Shown here piece after piece: positions 52,432-64,000 of a stretch of 64,000 nt of DNA. Under the pieces are notes generated by a model. The model made no database searches. It had not been told where the DNA came from and worked only from the letters and a program-made list of their open reading frames with translations. The first letter of the stretch is position 1; each line of letters starts with the position of its first letter. This DNA comes from Octopus sinensis (lineage: Eukaryota), in NCBI RefSeq assembly GCF_006345805.1, contig NC_043005.1:11594001-11658000 (forward strand), given 5' to 3'. The position numbers and the translations under genes are program-made.

Positions 52432-52664
52432 GCGGGCAAGGGGCCTTTTGGACAAGGGTTGGGGAGTATCCTCGATGTCTGAGCAGGTGGGCCAGGTACT
52501 GTGACTGGGTCTCAAAATCCTGGTCACGGCTGCACAAGCGTCGGAGGCGGATGAACAGGAGTAGGGGTGGCCCGTTCGGTGTGGAAGGGATGGGAGGAGG
52601 AGAAGTTGAGGTAGAGGTGGGAATCTGTGTGTTTGAAGAAGGCGGAGGTGGTGAGAGAGTAGGA
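52432..52664 (-). repeat. 233-bp copy of the PLE 2 internal segment 49958-50190
   Basis: About 95% identical by eye, with no element termini. Confidence 0.92.
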
Positions 52665-52919
52665 GATCAGCCTCCAAAATGTTCGAAAACGAAAATTCTA
52701 ACGGTTATCCTTAAAATCATTGAGAAATCTTAAACGTTTTAAACATTTCTGAACGATTCATTAGCGAGAAATAATCGTGGTATCATCATCATCATCAGTA
52801 GCAGCCGCAGCAGCAACAACAGCAAAAGCATCAGCAACAATAATATTGGCTTCAAATTTTGGCACAAGGCCAGAACAAAAATAACAATGATAATTATAGT
52901 AATAATGATCATTGAGTAG

Positions 52920-53081
52920 GTGTGAGGTAAGTAGCTTGCTTACCAACCACATGGTTCTGGGTTCAGTCCCATTGCGGGACACTTTGGGCAAGTGTCTTCT
53001 ACTATAGCCTCGGGCCGACCACAGCCATGTGAGTGGATTTAGTAGACGGAAACTGAAAGAAGCCCGTCGTACATATGTATG

Positions 53082-53141
<60 letters not shown>

Positions 53142-53361
53142 TGTGTGTGTGTATATGTTTGTGTGTCTGTGTTTGTCTCCCTAACATCGCTTGACAACCG
53201 ATGCTGGTGTGTTTACGTCCCCGTCACTTAGCGGTTCGTCAACAGAGACCGATAGAATAAGTACTAGGCTTACAAAGAATAAGTCCTGAGGTCGATTTGC
53301 TTGACTAAAGACGGTGCTCCAGCATGGCCGCAGTCACCTGACTGAAACAAGTAAAAAAGTA
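52920..53361 (+). mobile_element. SINE family C, near full length
   Basis: Matches 3681-4112 with internal (TA)n(TG)n. Confidence 0.9.
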
Positions 53362-53364
53362 TAG

Positions 53365-53545
53365 ACTCAATGCCTGAAACTTGGGGAGTGTGCTTTTCGA
53401 CTGTATTGACCCCAGTTTTTCCCTGGTACTTAATTTATCGATGATGAAAGGCAAAGTCGATCTCGGCGGAATTTGAACTCAGAAAGTAAAGACAGACGAC
53501 ATACCACTACGCATTTCGACCGGAGTGCTAAAGTTTCTCCGCCTC
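53365..53545 (-). mobile_element. SINE family M, degenerate
   Basis: GATGAAAGGCAAAGTCGATCTCGGCGGAATTTGAACTCAG. Confidence 0.78.
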
Positions 53546-53997
53546 AGACGGAGGTAATAATGAGAAAAAAAAAAGCAATCACAAGTTCCAACAGTATTCA
53601 TCGAAATTCTGCGTTTGTATAATTCTCTTTTATGATAAATCAATGCATCTTTCCAAATCGTACCAACGTGCTAAATATTTTTCTGGTAATTAAATTAGCA
53701 AATGGACTGGATTACTGCAAAATTAGGATTTAGATAACTCATAGTATTGATAACAATATAATAAATTTTAGTCTTTTAACTGCAAGCTGTGATTAATGGT
53801 TTCTTATAAACTGTAAACAGTATGCTGAAAAGCTGATTTAAATTTGAAACATGCATTGTCAAAATTCTGTTGAAAATGTTTACATTTAGCATTTCGATAC
53901 TCTTATATAGACGTGTTTCTGCCCTCTGAACGTTCTTGTTTGCCGTGAACTCATGGGTTAATCGTAAAAATGACAGTGCATTATGAAACACACTCTT

Positions 53998-54246
53998 AAC
54001 TCTTTTTCTCTTTTACATGTTTCAGTCATTTGACTGCGGCCATGCTGGAGCACCGCGTTTTAGTCGAGCAAATCGACCCCAGGGCTTATTCTTTGTAAGC
54101 CTAGTACTTATTCTATCGGTCTCCTTTGCCGAACCGCTAAGTAACGGGGACGTAAACATACCAGCATCGGTTGTAAAGTGATGTTGGGAGGACAAACACA
54201 GACACACAAACATATACACACACAAACATATACACACACACACACA

Positions 54247-54302
<56 letters not shown>

Positions 54303-54708
54303 AATAAAAACATGATGCAAAGGATTTAGCGGTACATATGTTTCGGGCCTTTATTAGACGGTTTATAACAATGCATAATTGATGTAAATGTGTGTCTATA
54401 GCCTTCTTCAGCCGCGTACAATTACTACTTCAAGGACATGTATTACATTATAAGTTTTACGTTGGTGATGCAAATCCTCATAGTCGCGTACGACAGAGCG
54501 AGGCACCGGAACAAAATCAAAACGTCCATCCCGTTTTTCACACATATATATGTATACGACAGGCTTCTGTCTGTTTCCGTCTACCAAATCCACTCACAAG
54601 CCCTTGGTCGGCCCGAGGCTATAGTAGAAGACACTTTCCCAAGCTGCCACGCAGTGGGACTGAACCCGGAACCGTGCGGTTGGTAAGCAAGCTACTTACC
54701 ACACAGTC
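53998..54708 (-). mobile_element. SINE family C split by an insertion in its internal microsatellite
   Basis: The 3' half (53998-54270) and 5' half (54552-54708) are collinear on the same strand. Confidence 0.88.
54329..54415 (-). ncRNA. Type I hammerhead ribozyme motif in a 245-bp insert
   Basis: GCGG-CUGAAGA-AGGC...GCCC-GAA-ACAUAUGU-A-CCGC, with a perfect 4-bp stem I and a palindromic stem III. Confidence 0.8.
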
Positions 54709-54782
54709 TTAAACATTTTCTTCAACCATGAATAATATTGTTAACTGTAAAATTACCATACATTTTCTTCAATATATACTTA

Positions 54783-55179
54783 ATCTTTACATATAAAAGT
54801 GAGGTTGTGTGCTGTCTGTCTCCTACGATTTAGATTCCTAACTACTCTCACATTTTGCGGTGCAGTTTAACCAAAACCGGGTATCTTATAGTCGTGATTC
54901 ATATCGAGCCCTTCTGGGTATTAGCGCGCGTCTACGATGAGTCTACAATTTAAAAAAAAATTACCATCAATTTTTCCCATTTTTAATGCACTTTTGGCAT
55001 ATATAAGGGAAGTGACTCTCTAAAAATGTATTATTAAATCTCAGAACGTAAAAAGCTACAGTACCCCCCCCCTTTTGTGGTTAGCCATATTGAGATGGCT
55101 ATTATACTTTACATCTCTAAAAATGCTTATATAGTTATTTCCCTTACAAACCCGAGCAACGCCGGGCGATACTGCTAGT
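54783..55179 (-). mobile_element. Helitron/Helentron-type non-autonomous element
   Basis: Reverse-complement copy of 34696-35097. Confidence 0.75.
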
Positions 55180-55490
55180 GACAAAAAAAAGTTAAGATTG
55201 TAGAATAATAATAATAATAATAATAATAACAATAATAATAATAATATCAATAATAATAATAATAATATACACAAAATTGTAATCGCGCAAAAGTTTTGCA
55301 AACCGATACAATGACAAACTATAACCGTCCAGTAACCGATGTTATGGAATCGAAAGCAATTTACCAAGGCACAACAACAAGCCCCAAAATCTCTAAACTC
55401 AGTAAGAAAAAGACAAAGGAAACGAAAACCCTTGAGCAATAAAAGCTATCTTTTAAATGACTTTCCAATGGTTGCAGTGGGACGGTAATG

Positions 55491-56086
55491 AAAGCGGCGA
55501 GCTGGCAGAACCTTTAGCACGGCGGGCGAAATGCGTAGCCGTATTTCGTCTGCCGTTACGTTCAGAGGAGTTCAAATTCCGCCGAGGTTGACTTTGCCTT
55601 TCATCCTTTCGGGGTCGATTAAATAAGTACCAGTTACGCACTGGAGTCGATGTAGTCGACTTAATCCATGTGTCTGTCTTTGTTTGTCCCCTCTGTGTTT
55701 AGCCCCTTGTGGGTAGTAAAGAAATAGGTATTTCGTCTGCCGCTACGTTCTGAGTTCAAATTCCACCGAGGTCGACTTTGCCTTTCATCCTTTAGGGGTC
55801 GATTAAATAAGTACCAGTTACGCACTGGGGTCGATGTAGTCGACTTAATCCATGTGTCTGTCTTTGTTTGTCCCCTCTGTGTTTAGCCCCTTGTGGGTAG
55901 TAAAGAAATAGGTATTTCGTCTGCGTTACGTATTGAGTTCAAATTCCGCCGAGGTCGACTTTGCCTTTCATCCTTTCGGGGTCGATTAAATAAGTACCAG
56001 TTACGCACTGGGGTCGATATAATCGACTGAATCCGTTTGTCTGTCCTTTCTGTGTTTAGCCCCTTGTGGGTAGTAAAGAAATAGGT
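55491..56086 (+). mobile_element. SINE family M trimer (one head, three tail-1 units)
   Basis: GTATTTCGTCTGC recurs at 55541, 55728 and 55912 (periods 187 and 184). Confidence 0.93.
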
Positions 56087-56417
56087 AATAATGGCCAGGT
56101 CGCAGTTTTGCTACGAAATATTTGGTACCCCGCCACCCCGGCCATTAAATAAATCGGTAATGTAGTGTAAATCTAAAACCTCTTTTGAGTTTTGATAAAG
56201 GGCTAGAATAACTCTTCGATGGTTGTAACTATTTTAGTTTCAACATACGGTTACAGATCAAATAAATTAATTAGACATATATATATATATAACTCCGAAT
56301 TACCTTCTTGTTTCCGAAATTGGAATATCTATCTAAATTTATGACTTAATCCCTGAGTTATAAAGGTAATAACAACAAAAACCTCCTCCTCCTCCTCATC
56401 ATCATCATCACCATCAC

Positions 56418-56458
<41 letters not shown>

Positions 56459-57004
56459 ACAACAACAACAGTAATAGCAATATTTTGTGATTGGGTAAAC
56501 GAGTGACTTCATCTAAAGAAACCAAGTATATGTAATATAATACATGAGTGTGTGTGTATATATGTGTGTGTATGTGTGTGCGTATATGTATGTATGTATG
56601 TAGGAATGTATAATAAAGTAGAGAGGAAGAGAGAGGAGGGAAAGAAAGACAGAGACATATGGAGAGGATGGATTTAACGAAGTGCTTCTTTCAAAGTCTG
56701 GGTCTGGCATGTCAGATAAAATATAGTTGACAGCAGCCAGTGAGGTGAGATAGATGCAAAGAGTGGATATAAAAACCCGGGCTGCGGTATAATGTCAACA
56801 AGTTCAGAGGAGGTGGGTTGAATTATTTACGGTTGCACTTAGTGTGAGGATGAGATGACACAGTGCTCGTGTTGAACCAGTGTTTATTCAGTGTCTGGTG
56901 AGGGAGGGATGGGCTATTAGACATCTGGCTTTTTTCAGGGAGTGCGCACGGCGTGCGTGTAAGTCTAACGAGTTTGCAGCACTAATGAACATGCAACATT
57001 AATA

Positions 57005-57592
57005 CTTTTTTCTAATTTAGGCACAAGACCACAAATTTTGGTGGAGGAGGCCAGTCGATTAGATCGACCATAGTGCACAACTGGTACTTAATTTATCAAC
57101 CCCGAAAGGATCAAAGGCAAAGTCGACCTCGGCGGAATTTCAACTCAGAACGTAAAGACAGACGACATACCTATTTCTATTTCTTTATTACCCACAAGGG
57201 GCTAAACACAGAGGGGACAAACAAGGACAGGCATAGGTATTAAGTCGATTACATCGACCCCAGTGCGTAACTGGTACTTAATTTATCGACCCCGAAAGGA
57301 TGAAAGGCAAAGTCGACCTCGGCGGAATTTGAACTCACAACGTAACGCAGACGAAATACCTATTTCTTTATTACCCACAAGGGGCTAAACATAGAGGGGA
57401 CAAACAAGGACAGACATAGGTATTATGTCGATTACATCGACCCCAGTGCGTAACTGGTACTTAATTTATCGACCCCGAAAGGATGAAAGGCAAAGTCGAC
57501 CTCGGCGGAATTCGAACACTGAAAATAAAGACAAGAAATACCGCCATGCATTTCGCCTCGGCGGGCTAACGTCTCTGCCAGCGCGTCGTCTT
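57005..57592 (-). mobile_element. SINE family M trimer (head, two tail-1 units, one tail-2 unit)
   Basis: Junctions GACGACATAC|CTATTTC at about 57170 and GACGAAATAC|CTATTTC at about 57360. Confidence 0.9.
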
Positions 57593-57685
57593 ATACAACA
57601 CTAACATTGCTTTTATTATACATCCATGCATGTTGTAAGTGGATTTATATAAATACGTGTATATATATATGTTTATATATATATA

Positions 57686-58004
57686 TTCTTTTATTCTTTT
57701 ATTCTTTTACTTGTTTCAGTCATTTGACTGCGGCCATGCTGGAGCACCGCCTTTAATCGAGCAAATCGACCCCGGGACTTATTCTTTTGTTAGCCCAGTA
57801 CTTATTCTATCGGTCTCTTTTGCCGAACCGCTAAGTAACGGGGACATAAACACACCAGCATCGGTTGTCAAGCAATGCTAGGAAGACAAACACAGACACA
57901 AACACACACACGCATATATATATACATATATACGACGGGCTTCTTTCAGTTTCCGTCTACCAAATCCACTCACAAGGCTTTGGTTGGCCTGGGGCTATAG
58001 TAGA
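57686..58004 (-). mobile_element. SINE family C, 5'-truncated
   Basis: Repeated ATTCTTTT tail, internal (CA)n(TA)n. Confidence 0.88.
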
Positions 58005-58210
58005 ACAAGCAGAGCACACATGTATTGTGTATGTGTGTTTCATAATACGTGTGTGCGTGTGTACGTGTGTGTTATCAAATTGCATTCATACATCTATCGC
58101 AAATAGATGCAGCTTCTAAGAGTTCTTCGTTTTCTTTATATTAACCGTCTTTAAGTCCTCTCCATCAAACACTCATACATCAAAACCGACGGGAGCGGCA
58201 TTATATATAT

Positions 58211-58243
<33 letters not shown>

Positions 58244-58282
58244 TCAAAGAAACTTTTCAACTTTTTCTCAGTGTTTTGCACA

Positions 58283-58325
<43 letters not shown>

Positions 58326-58582
58326 ACAAATGCACATCGGAAAAAAAAGCGACTACTGTGATAATGATGAAGGAATTATATGCAAAAATATGTATGTTCT
58401 TTTCACTCTTTGATAAAGGTGTCGCAATATAAGACGAAAATAAGAAAAAAATAAGGAATATTCTTAGAAGCGCTTCTGTTCCCTTATGCAGTAACTCTCT
58501 CTCTCTTTTTCTCTCCCACTCTTTCTCTCTCTCTCTCTCTTTCTCTCTCTGTTATTCTCTCATATAATGTGGACTACTTATA

Positions 58583-58891
58583 TATATATAATGTGGATAT
58601 CCTGAAAATTTATTATTACTGACGAAAGTAGAGTTTTATCTGTATATAAGAAGCTCTCACAAGAGAAATGGAGCAGTTATGCGGTCTTCTACAGTGTATC
58701 AACGTTAGGTATGTTATACAGCATTCTATTCTAAACCAATATTGTCTCTCACGCGATTTAACGAGTTCTTCACCAGCCAGCAAGCCAGTCAGTTATGTTT
58801 GACACCAATGATTTGTTATTCACTGATTTGTATATCAGTAGAAGCGAATTTGTGTACGCATGCGATCGGCAATAGATACTTGCTGCTGACA
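58583..58891 (+). repeat. About 310-bp direct duplication, second copy at 60181-60492
   Basis: Roughly 92% identity by eye. Confidence 0.9.
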
Positions 58892-58984
58892 ACGCGCAGA
58901 CACAGAATTTATGATTTACAAGTCCACCACCACTGTTGGAGCTTTTTGCCTGATACTTAAACATGTCTGTGCCCTGTAGAACTA

Positions 58985-59100
<116 letters not shown>

Positions 59101-59183
59101 GATTTGTCTGTCTGTCTGCCCTTCTCTCTCTGCTCTTCTTTCTCTCCCCTTCTTTCTCTCTCTCTCTCTCTCTTTATATGTAT

Positions 59184-59460
59184 AGGTCGTGAGTTCAATT
59201 CCCAGAGACGCGTTGTATCCTTGAACAAGACACTTTACTTCACGCTGCTCCAGTTCACTCAGCTAGCAAAAATGAGTAGTACCTGTATTTCAAAGGGCCG
59301 GCCTTGTCACATTCTACGTCACGCTGAATCTCCCTGAAAACTGCATTAAGGGTACGCGTACCTGTGGAGTGCTCAGCCACATGTTCGTTAATCTCAGAAG
59401 CAAGCTCTTCCGTTGATCGGATCAACTGGAACCCTCGTCTTCGTAACTGAGGGAGTGCCA
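59184..59460 (+). mobile_element. tRNA-derived SINE, head B + tail X, 5'-truncated
   Basis: Matches 37355-37663 from the B box onward. Confidence 0.85.
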
Positions 59461-59463
59461 CTT

Positions 59464-59538
<75 letters not shown>

Positions 59539-59583
59539 CGTCTGTCATCTCTCTCACTCTCTCATATATATATATATATATAT

Positions 59584-60182
59584 GTAAACAAAGTCAAATG
59601 CGATACAATAAAATAAATTATTATCGCTGGTGTTCTAGGACACGCCATATATTATTCATATATAAGTACATTAAAAGGCGAAGTGTGTACTAGATACACA
59701 AAAGCTGGATAAATTTAATGAGATGAAAATTAAAAACTTTTACAAACTTAGTTCTTCTTAGACTGCAGTTTCGCCTATTTCAGTAATAAAAATAATATTT
59801 ATTTACTCAGGTAGACTCTTCAGTAAGATTCCTGTTATTATGGGAAGCGCACATTAATAGAGGCACACGCGTCTATTAAATTGCTCTTTCTAAACTATTC
59901 AAATCACTGCGCAGACTCAGAACGTACCCGACAAAATAGGGTTTTCTGGTATATCGTCTAACGCTCAAAAAATTATCGAGAAAATACGTAAACAAAGTCA
60001 AATGCGATACAATAAAATAAATTATTATCGCTGGTGTTCTAGGACACGCCATATATTATTCATATATAAGTACATTAAAAGGCGAAGTGTGTACTAGATA
60101 CACAAAAGCTGGATAAATTTAATGAGATGAAAATTAAAAACTTTTACAAACTTAGTTCTTCTTAGACTGCAGTTTCGCCTAT
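59584..60182 (-). mobile_element. Retrozyme-like partial tandem (404-bp period, 195-bp direct repeats)
   Basis: 59584-59778 is apparently identical to 59988-60182. It carries one complete HHR and the 3' half of a second. Confidence 0.85.
59756..59828 (-). ncRNA. Canonical-core type I hammerhead ribozyme
   Basis: UCUUA-CUGAAGA-GUCUA...UAGGC-GAA-ACUGCAGU-C-UAAGA. All core positions match consensus, with G10.1-C11.1 and a GUC cleavage triplet. Confidence 0.9.
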
Positions 60183-60510
60183 ATATATAATGTAGATATC
60201 CTGAAAATTTATTATTACTGACGAAAGTAGAGCTTTATCTGTATATAAGGAGCTCTCACAAGAGAATTGGAGCAGTTATGTGCCATCTTCTACAGTATAT
60301 CAACGTTAGGTATGTTATACAGCATTCTATTCTAAACCAATATTGTCTCTCACGCGATTTAACGAGTTCTTCACCAGCCAGCACGCCAGCCAGCCATGTT
60401 TGACACCAATGATTTGCTATTCACTGATTCGTATATCAGTAGAAGCCAATTTTTGTAAGCATGCGATCGGCAATAGATAGTTGCTGATGACACGTGAATT
60501 CTGAAGACGA

Positions 60511-60547
<37 letters not shown>

Positions 60548-61204
60548 ATATATATAAGCTTAGAGAAGAAGAAACGAAACGAAATCAAACGAATCGAATC
60601 GACACGAAGGCGCTCAGTCATACAATAATGTAATAAATAAAATATGTGCATATATACAAACATATATGTACGTACCTACATCTACATGTATATATACTTG
60701 CATATATAAATATATATACGTGTGTACAGGACACCACAAAAAGACGTAGAACTCAACGAGAAACGAAAACGTAAAAACAGCATGGAACGGACATTTTTTT
60801 AACAACGAAAAGAAACAGAGTACAAGACAACTACACAAGGAAAAATCCCCTTCATCAGCTGTCCCTAGTTCAACTCCAGCGTGTTTCGAAGGTGAGGACA
60901 GAACACGTCTCGTCGAACTAGTTCTTCCTGCGAAAGAATTAAATAAAATTCCTTTGCAGAGGGGTAAAAACAACGAAAAAAATGTGACAAAAACAGGACG
61001 TAAAAACAATACATTTAAAAACAAATACAAAATAAAAATACAATTACAAAAAATACAGTACAAGAAGGAATATAAATTTATATGAATAAAGATGAGATCA
61101 ATATTTAAATACCGATCTTATCAGGTGGCCAGCATGGGAATAAAAACCTTTGAAAGGTAATGATTACTCAAAATTATAACGTGTGTGTGTATGACTAAAG
61201 TATC

Positions 61205-61350
61205 TGTGCGATCCAGAAAGGGTGAAAGGCAAAGGTTCCATTCGAGGCATTTGAACTCAGAATATGAAGGGGGGGAGGGCAGAGGAAATACTGCAAAGCA
61301 CTTTTCCAACACCATATTGTTTCCGCTGGATCGCTACGCTGTTGTTATAG

Positions 61351-61383
<33 letters not shown>

Positions 61384-61442
61384 GTAGTAGTAGTAGTAGT
61401 AGTAGGAATAATAATAATAATAATAATAATAATAGTAATAAT

Positions 61443-61499
<57 letters not shown>

Positions 61500-62452
61500 T
61501 GATGATGATGATGATGATGATGGTGATGATAGCAGTGTGTGTAACGCTAGCTAACTGGCTTGCAGGCTTGAATGATCTAATGTTTACGTGATGAGCTGCG
61601 TGTATCTGCATCGGAAGAGCCGTATGCCAAAACCGATTTTCATACAGATTATGCAACATTAACTTCCTGGTAGATAAGCTGTTATCACTTACTGCTGAAA
61701 CCACACATCCTGTTCTATAATATTATTTTTTGCGTCATAACCACAACCAACACCGACATTAGCTTTAACACAAACCCATCCTCCACCGCTAAAATCAACA
61801 CTACTTCACCAGCAACAACAAGAAGAAAGAGGACGACAACGTCGATTATAATAACAACAATACTATTAATAGTATTGCTGTGAAGATTGTACTAGTAATA
61901 ATAATTCTAATCGAGAATTCTTCTAACCTAGGTAGAGGTTATGAAATTTTATATGGGAGGAGGGGGGGGGGTTAATTAATAGCAACGAGTTCGGTACTTG
62001 AATTGTACTTAATTTTATCAACTTCACCCCCAATCCACCTTCTCAGAGAGTGCAAGAAAAACTGATCCTTGGTTTGAATGCAGAACGCAGAGAGTCGCTA
62101 GAAATACTGCAAGATATTTCTTCTGACGCTGTTAGAATTCTGCCACCACTACATTTGTTGTGGTGGTAGTGGTGGAAGTAGTAGTGGTGATGGTGGTGAT
62201 GGTGGTAACGAAAGTAACAGAAATATCTTTATAATTTTGGCACAACCCCAGCAATATTCAGGGGTGGTTGGGGAGAGGCAAGGAGACAATCACATCGACC
62301 CCAGCACATGACCGGTTCTTTATGTTACTGACCTTGAAAGGATGAAGGCAAAAGTTTACGGGGTGAGATTTGAATTTGGCATGTAAAGAGCCGGAAGAAA
62401 TTCTTCTAAGCATTTTGTCCGACGCGCAAACAATCCTGTAAGCTCGCCGTTG
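61205..62452 (-). mobile_element. Three degenerate SINE family M remnants (about 61205-61310, 61915-62140, 62225-62452)
   Basis: Partial cores such as GAAAGGGTGAAAGGCAAAG and ATCGACCCCAG...GAAAGGATGAAGGCAAAAG. Confidence 0.65.
61350..61530. repeat. Compound trinucleotide repeat (CTA)(TAG)(AAT)(GAT)n
   Basis: Direct reading. Confidence 0.95.
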
Positions 62453-64000
62453 ATAAGAATATGATTTTTGTATTTGCCAGAAATACATATGACAGGAGGT
62501 ACATGACATGTGGTACATAGATATTACACATGACAGGAGGTACATACATATTGGAGTTATTAACGAATGGCGATGGACCAAATAAAACCAATGGAGGCAC
62601 AAACGTGATATCACAAGCGTGTTAAAGTTTTGATTATATGAAACAATGATCAAAACAAGATATAATTTGTCTAAGACACCAACACACGAGTGTGAATGTT
62701 TTAGCTAGATGGAATTAAAACACCATCATTACCCCTCCACCTTGTTTGTCACTCATTGTATTGAAACTTGGGTTTCACCAACGTAATACTAAGCATTAAA
62801 AGATATTCAATCGCTTCTGGATGTAACATTTCGGTTAATCTCTCTCCTCAATGTTGTAGATATGCAGTAGCAGTTTCAGTGACAAAGTAGTTCTTTTCAT
62901 TATTGCCTCCGGCAGAATACGTTTCTGTTCATGTTTTACACATTTTTTTTTACCGCCGCTCAACAACAATTTCCTGTTCTCTTTGCCCACTGCAATATTC
63001 CGACCCTCTTCCCTTTCAGTCTTTACCTTCTCCTCATACACGCAACCGAACGAAGTGGTACTCAGTCGATTTTAGCATCGTTTACTTCTGGGATTGTAGA
63101 TATAAGATTTTCTCAATCTTTTCAGAGATTTTGGCTGGCATGTATTCTAATATAGTTGTCTCCAGAGCATACTGTTGTAACCGGATCTGCAAATGTACAT
63201 ATCTCTGTCTCCCGCTCTTTGTGTCCGTCTTTCTCATTCCCCTCAGGGCAAAAAACTCCCTCAATTAGCTCTTCCTAGCCCAGGTGTCACAGATAGGCCT
63301 GCTGTCCTGCATTGTTAGTCTTTTTTCTGCGCTCGACATGAAGAACAGCTTCGGAATGGCTCTGTGGTTTGACACTCACAACATATTTCAAATCTATACT
63401 GGCCTCTAATTATCACATATCAATCCTAGTTATTAGCCACCACCACCACCACCACTTCCATCTATATTGCACAATAGATATGATAAAGAACCAATGTGTA
63501 TTGCAGTGAACCAGATTATAAACCTGATACAAACCCTACGAGCGTTTGTTTTACCTTTGGTTGTAAAGATCAGCCAGAGAAACACCGCTGTATACCTTAG
63601 CGTGCCGGATGGACATTACATCCTTTCATACTCCAGATAGAGCTTCTTTCAATCTTTCAGTTGAGGTCATAGAGAAATGCCATCGCTATCGACATCTATC
63701 TCGGGCAAAGTGATGGAGTTCTTCGAGATATACTCTACTGCATTTCTTTCTTTGATTTGATGTTGTTAATATCTAAAATTTTCTTACTGAAAGTGATATT
63801 TGCAAATTTGTAACAGCAAAGTTGTGACAGTGTTGCTTTTGTTTTTGTTATTGTTACTAAGCGAGCCGCTAAAATTATTCTCTTTTATCAAGAGAAAAAT
63901 TATTTTGTTCCATTCAAATTGCATGCCTGGGGCAAAGTATTTTTTTTATTCATATTCTGCTTTGATTGTTTCGGTGTAGTTGTAAAAGGTTTTCTTTGAG

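Noticed and set aside
58618-58670. CUGACGA with a downstream hairpin (also at about 60218)
   Set aside because: No GAAA at the stem base, so the HHR topology is absent.
60845-60915. CUGAUGA-AGGGG and CCUUC-GAAAC in permuted order on the minus strand
   Set aside because: There is no U16.1-H17 site or stem III. It may be a decayed PLE terminus, but it is not countable as a ribozyme.
62870-63750. Possible LINE endonuclease relic or host exon on the minus strand
   Set aside because: Only faint motif echoes with many stops. It needs a frameshift-aware homology search.

Overview
This is AT-rich, microsatellite-saturated animal DNA, most consistent with an octopus or other coleoid cephalopod genome (inferred from the SINE families and simple-repeat load). 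I could not support any host protein-coding exon, and nearly all long ORFs in the track are translations of simple repeats. The window is a nested collection of mobile elements: several tRNA-derived SINE families, Helitron/Helentron-type non-autonomous elements, two mariner/Tc1 derivatives, RTE LINE relics, and two clear (plus one possible) Penelope-like elements (PLEs) with RT and GIY-YIG remnants. The strongest signal is about 13 type I hammerhead-ribozyme (HHR) motifs, most with a minimal palindromic stem III, in short elements of unrelated sequence, most next to (TA)n tracts. They occur as a 404-bp partial tandem (retrozyme-like), fold-backs whose antisense arm copies the ribozyme 3' flank, and rods with one HHR on each strand. 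A twin-priming-like PLE with a 91-bp filler copied from 3.2 kb away, a SINE with a conserved multimer junction, and a composite minisatellite are also notable. All alignments and folds were done by eye, so boundaries may be off by a few bases and no activity is shown.
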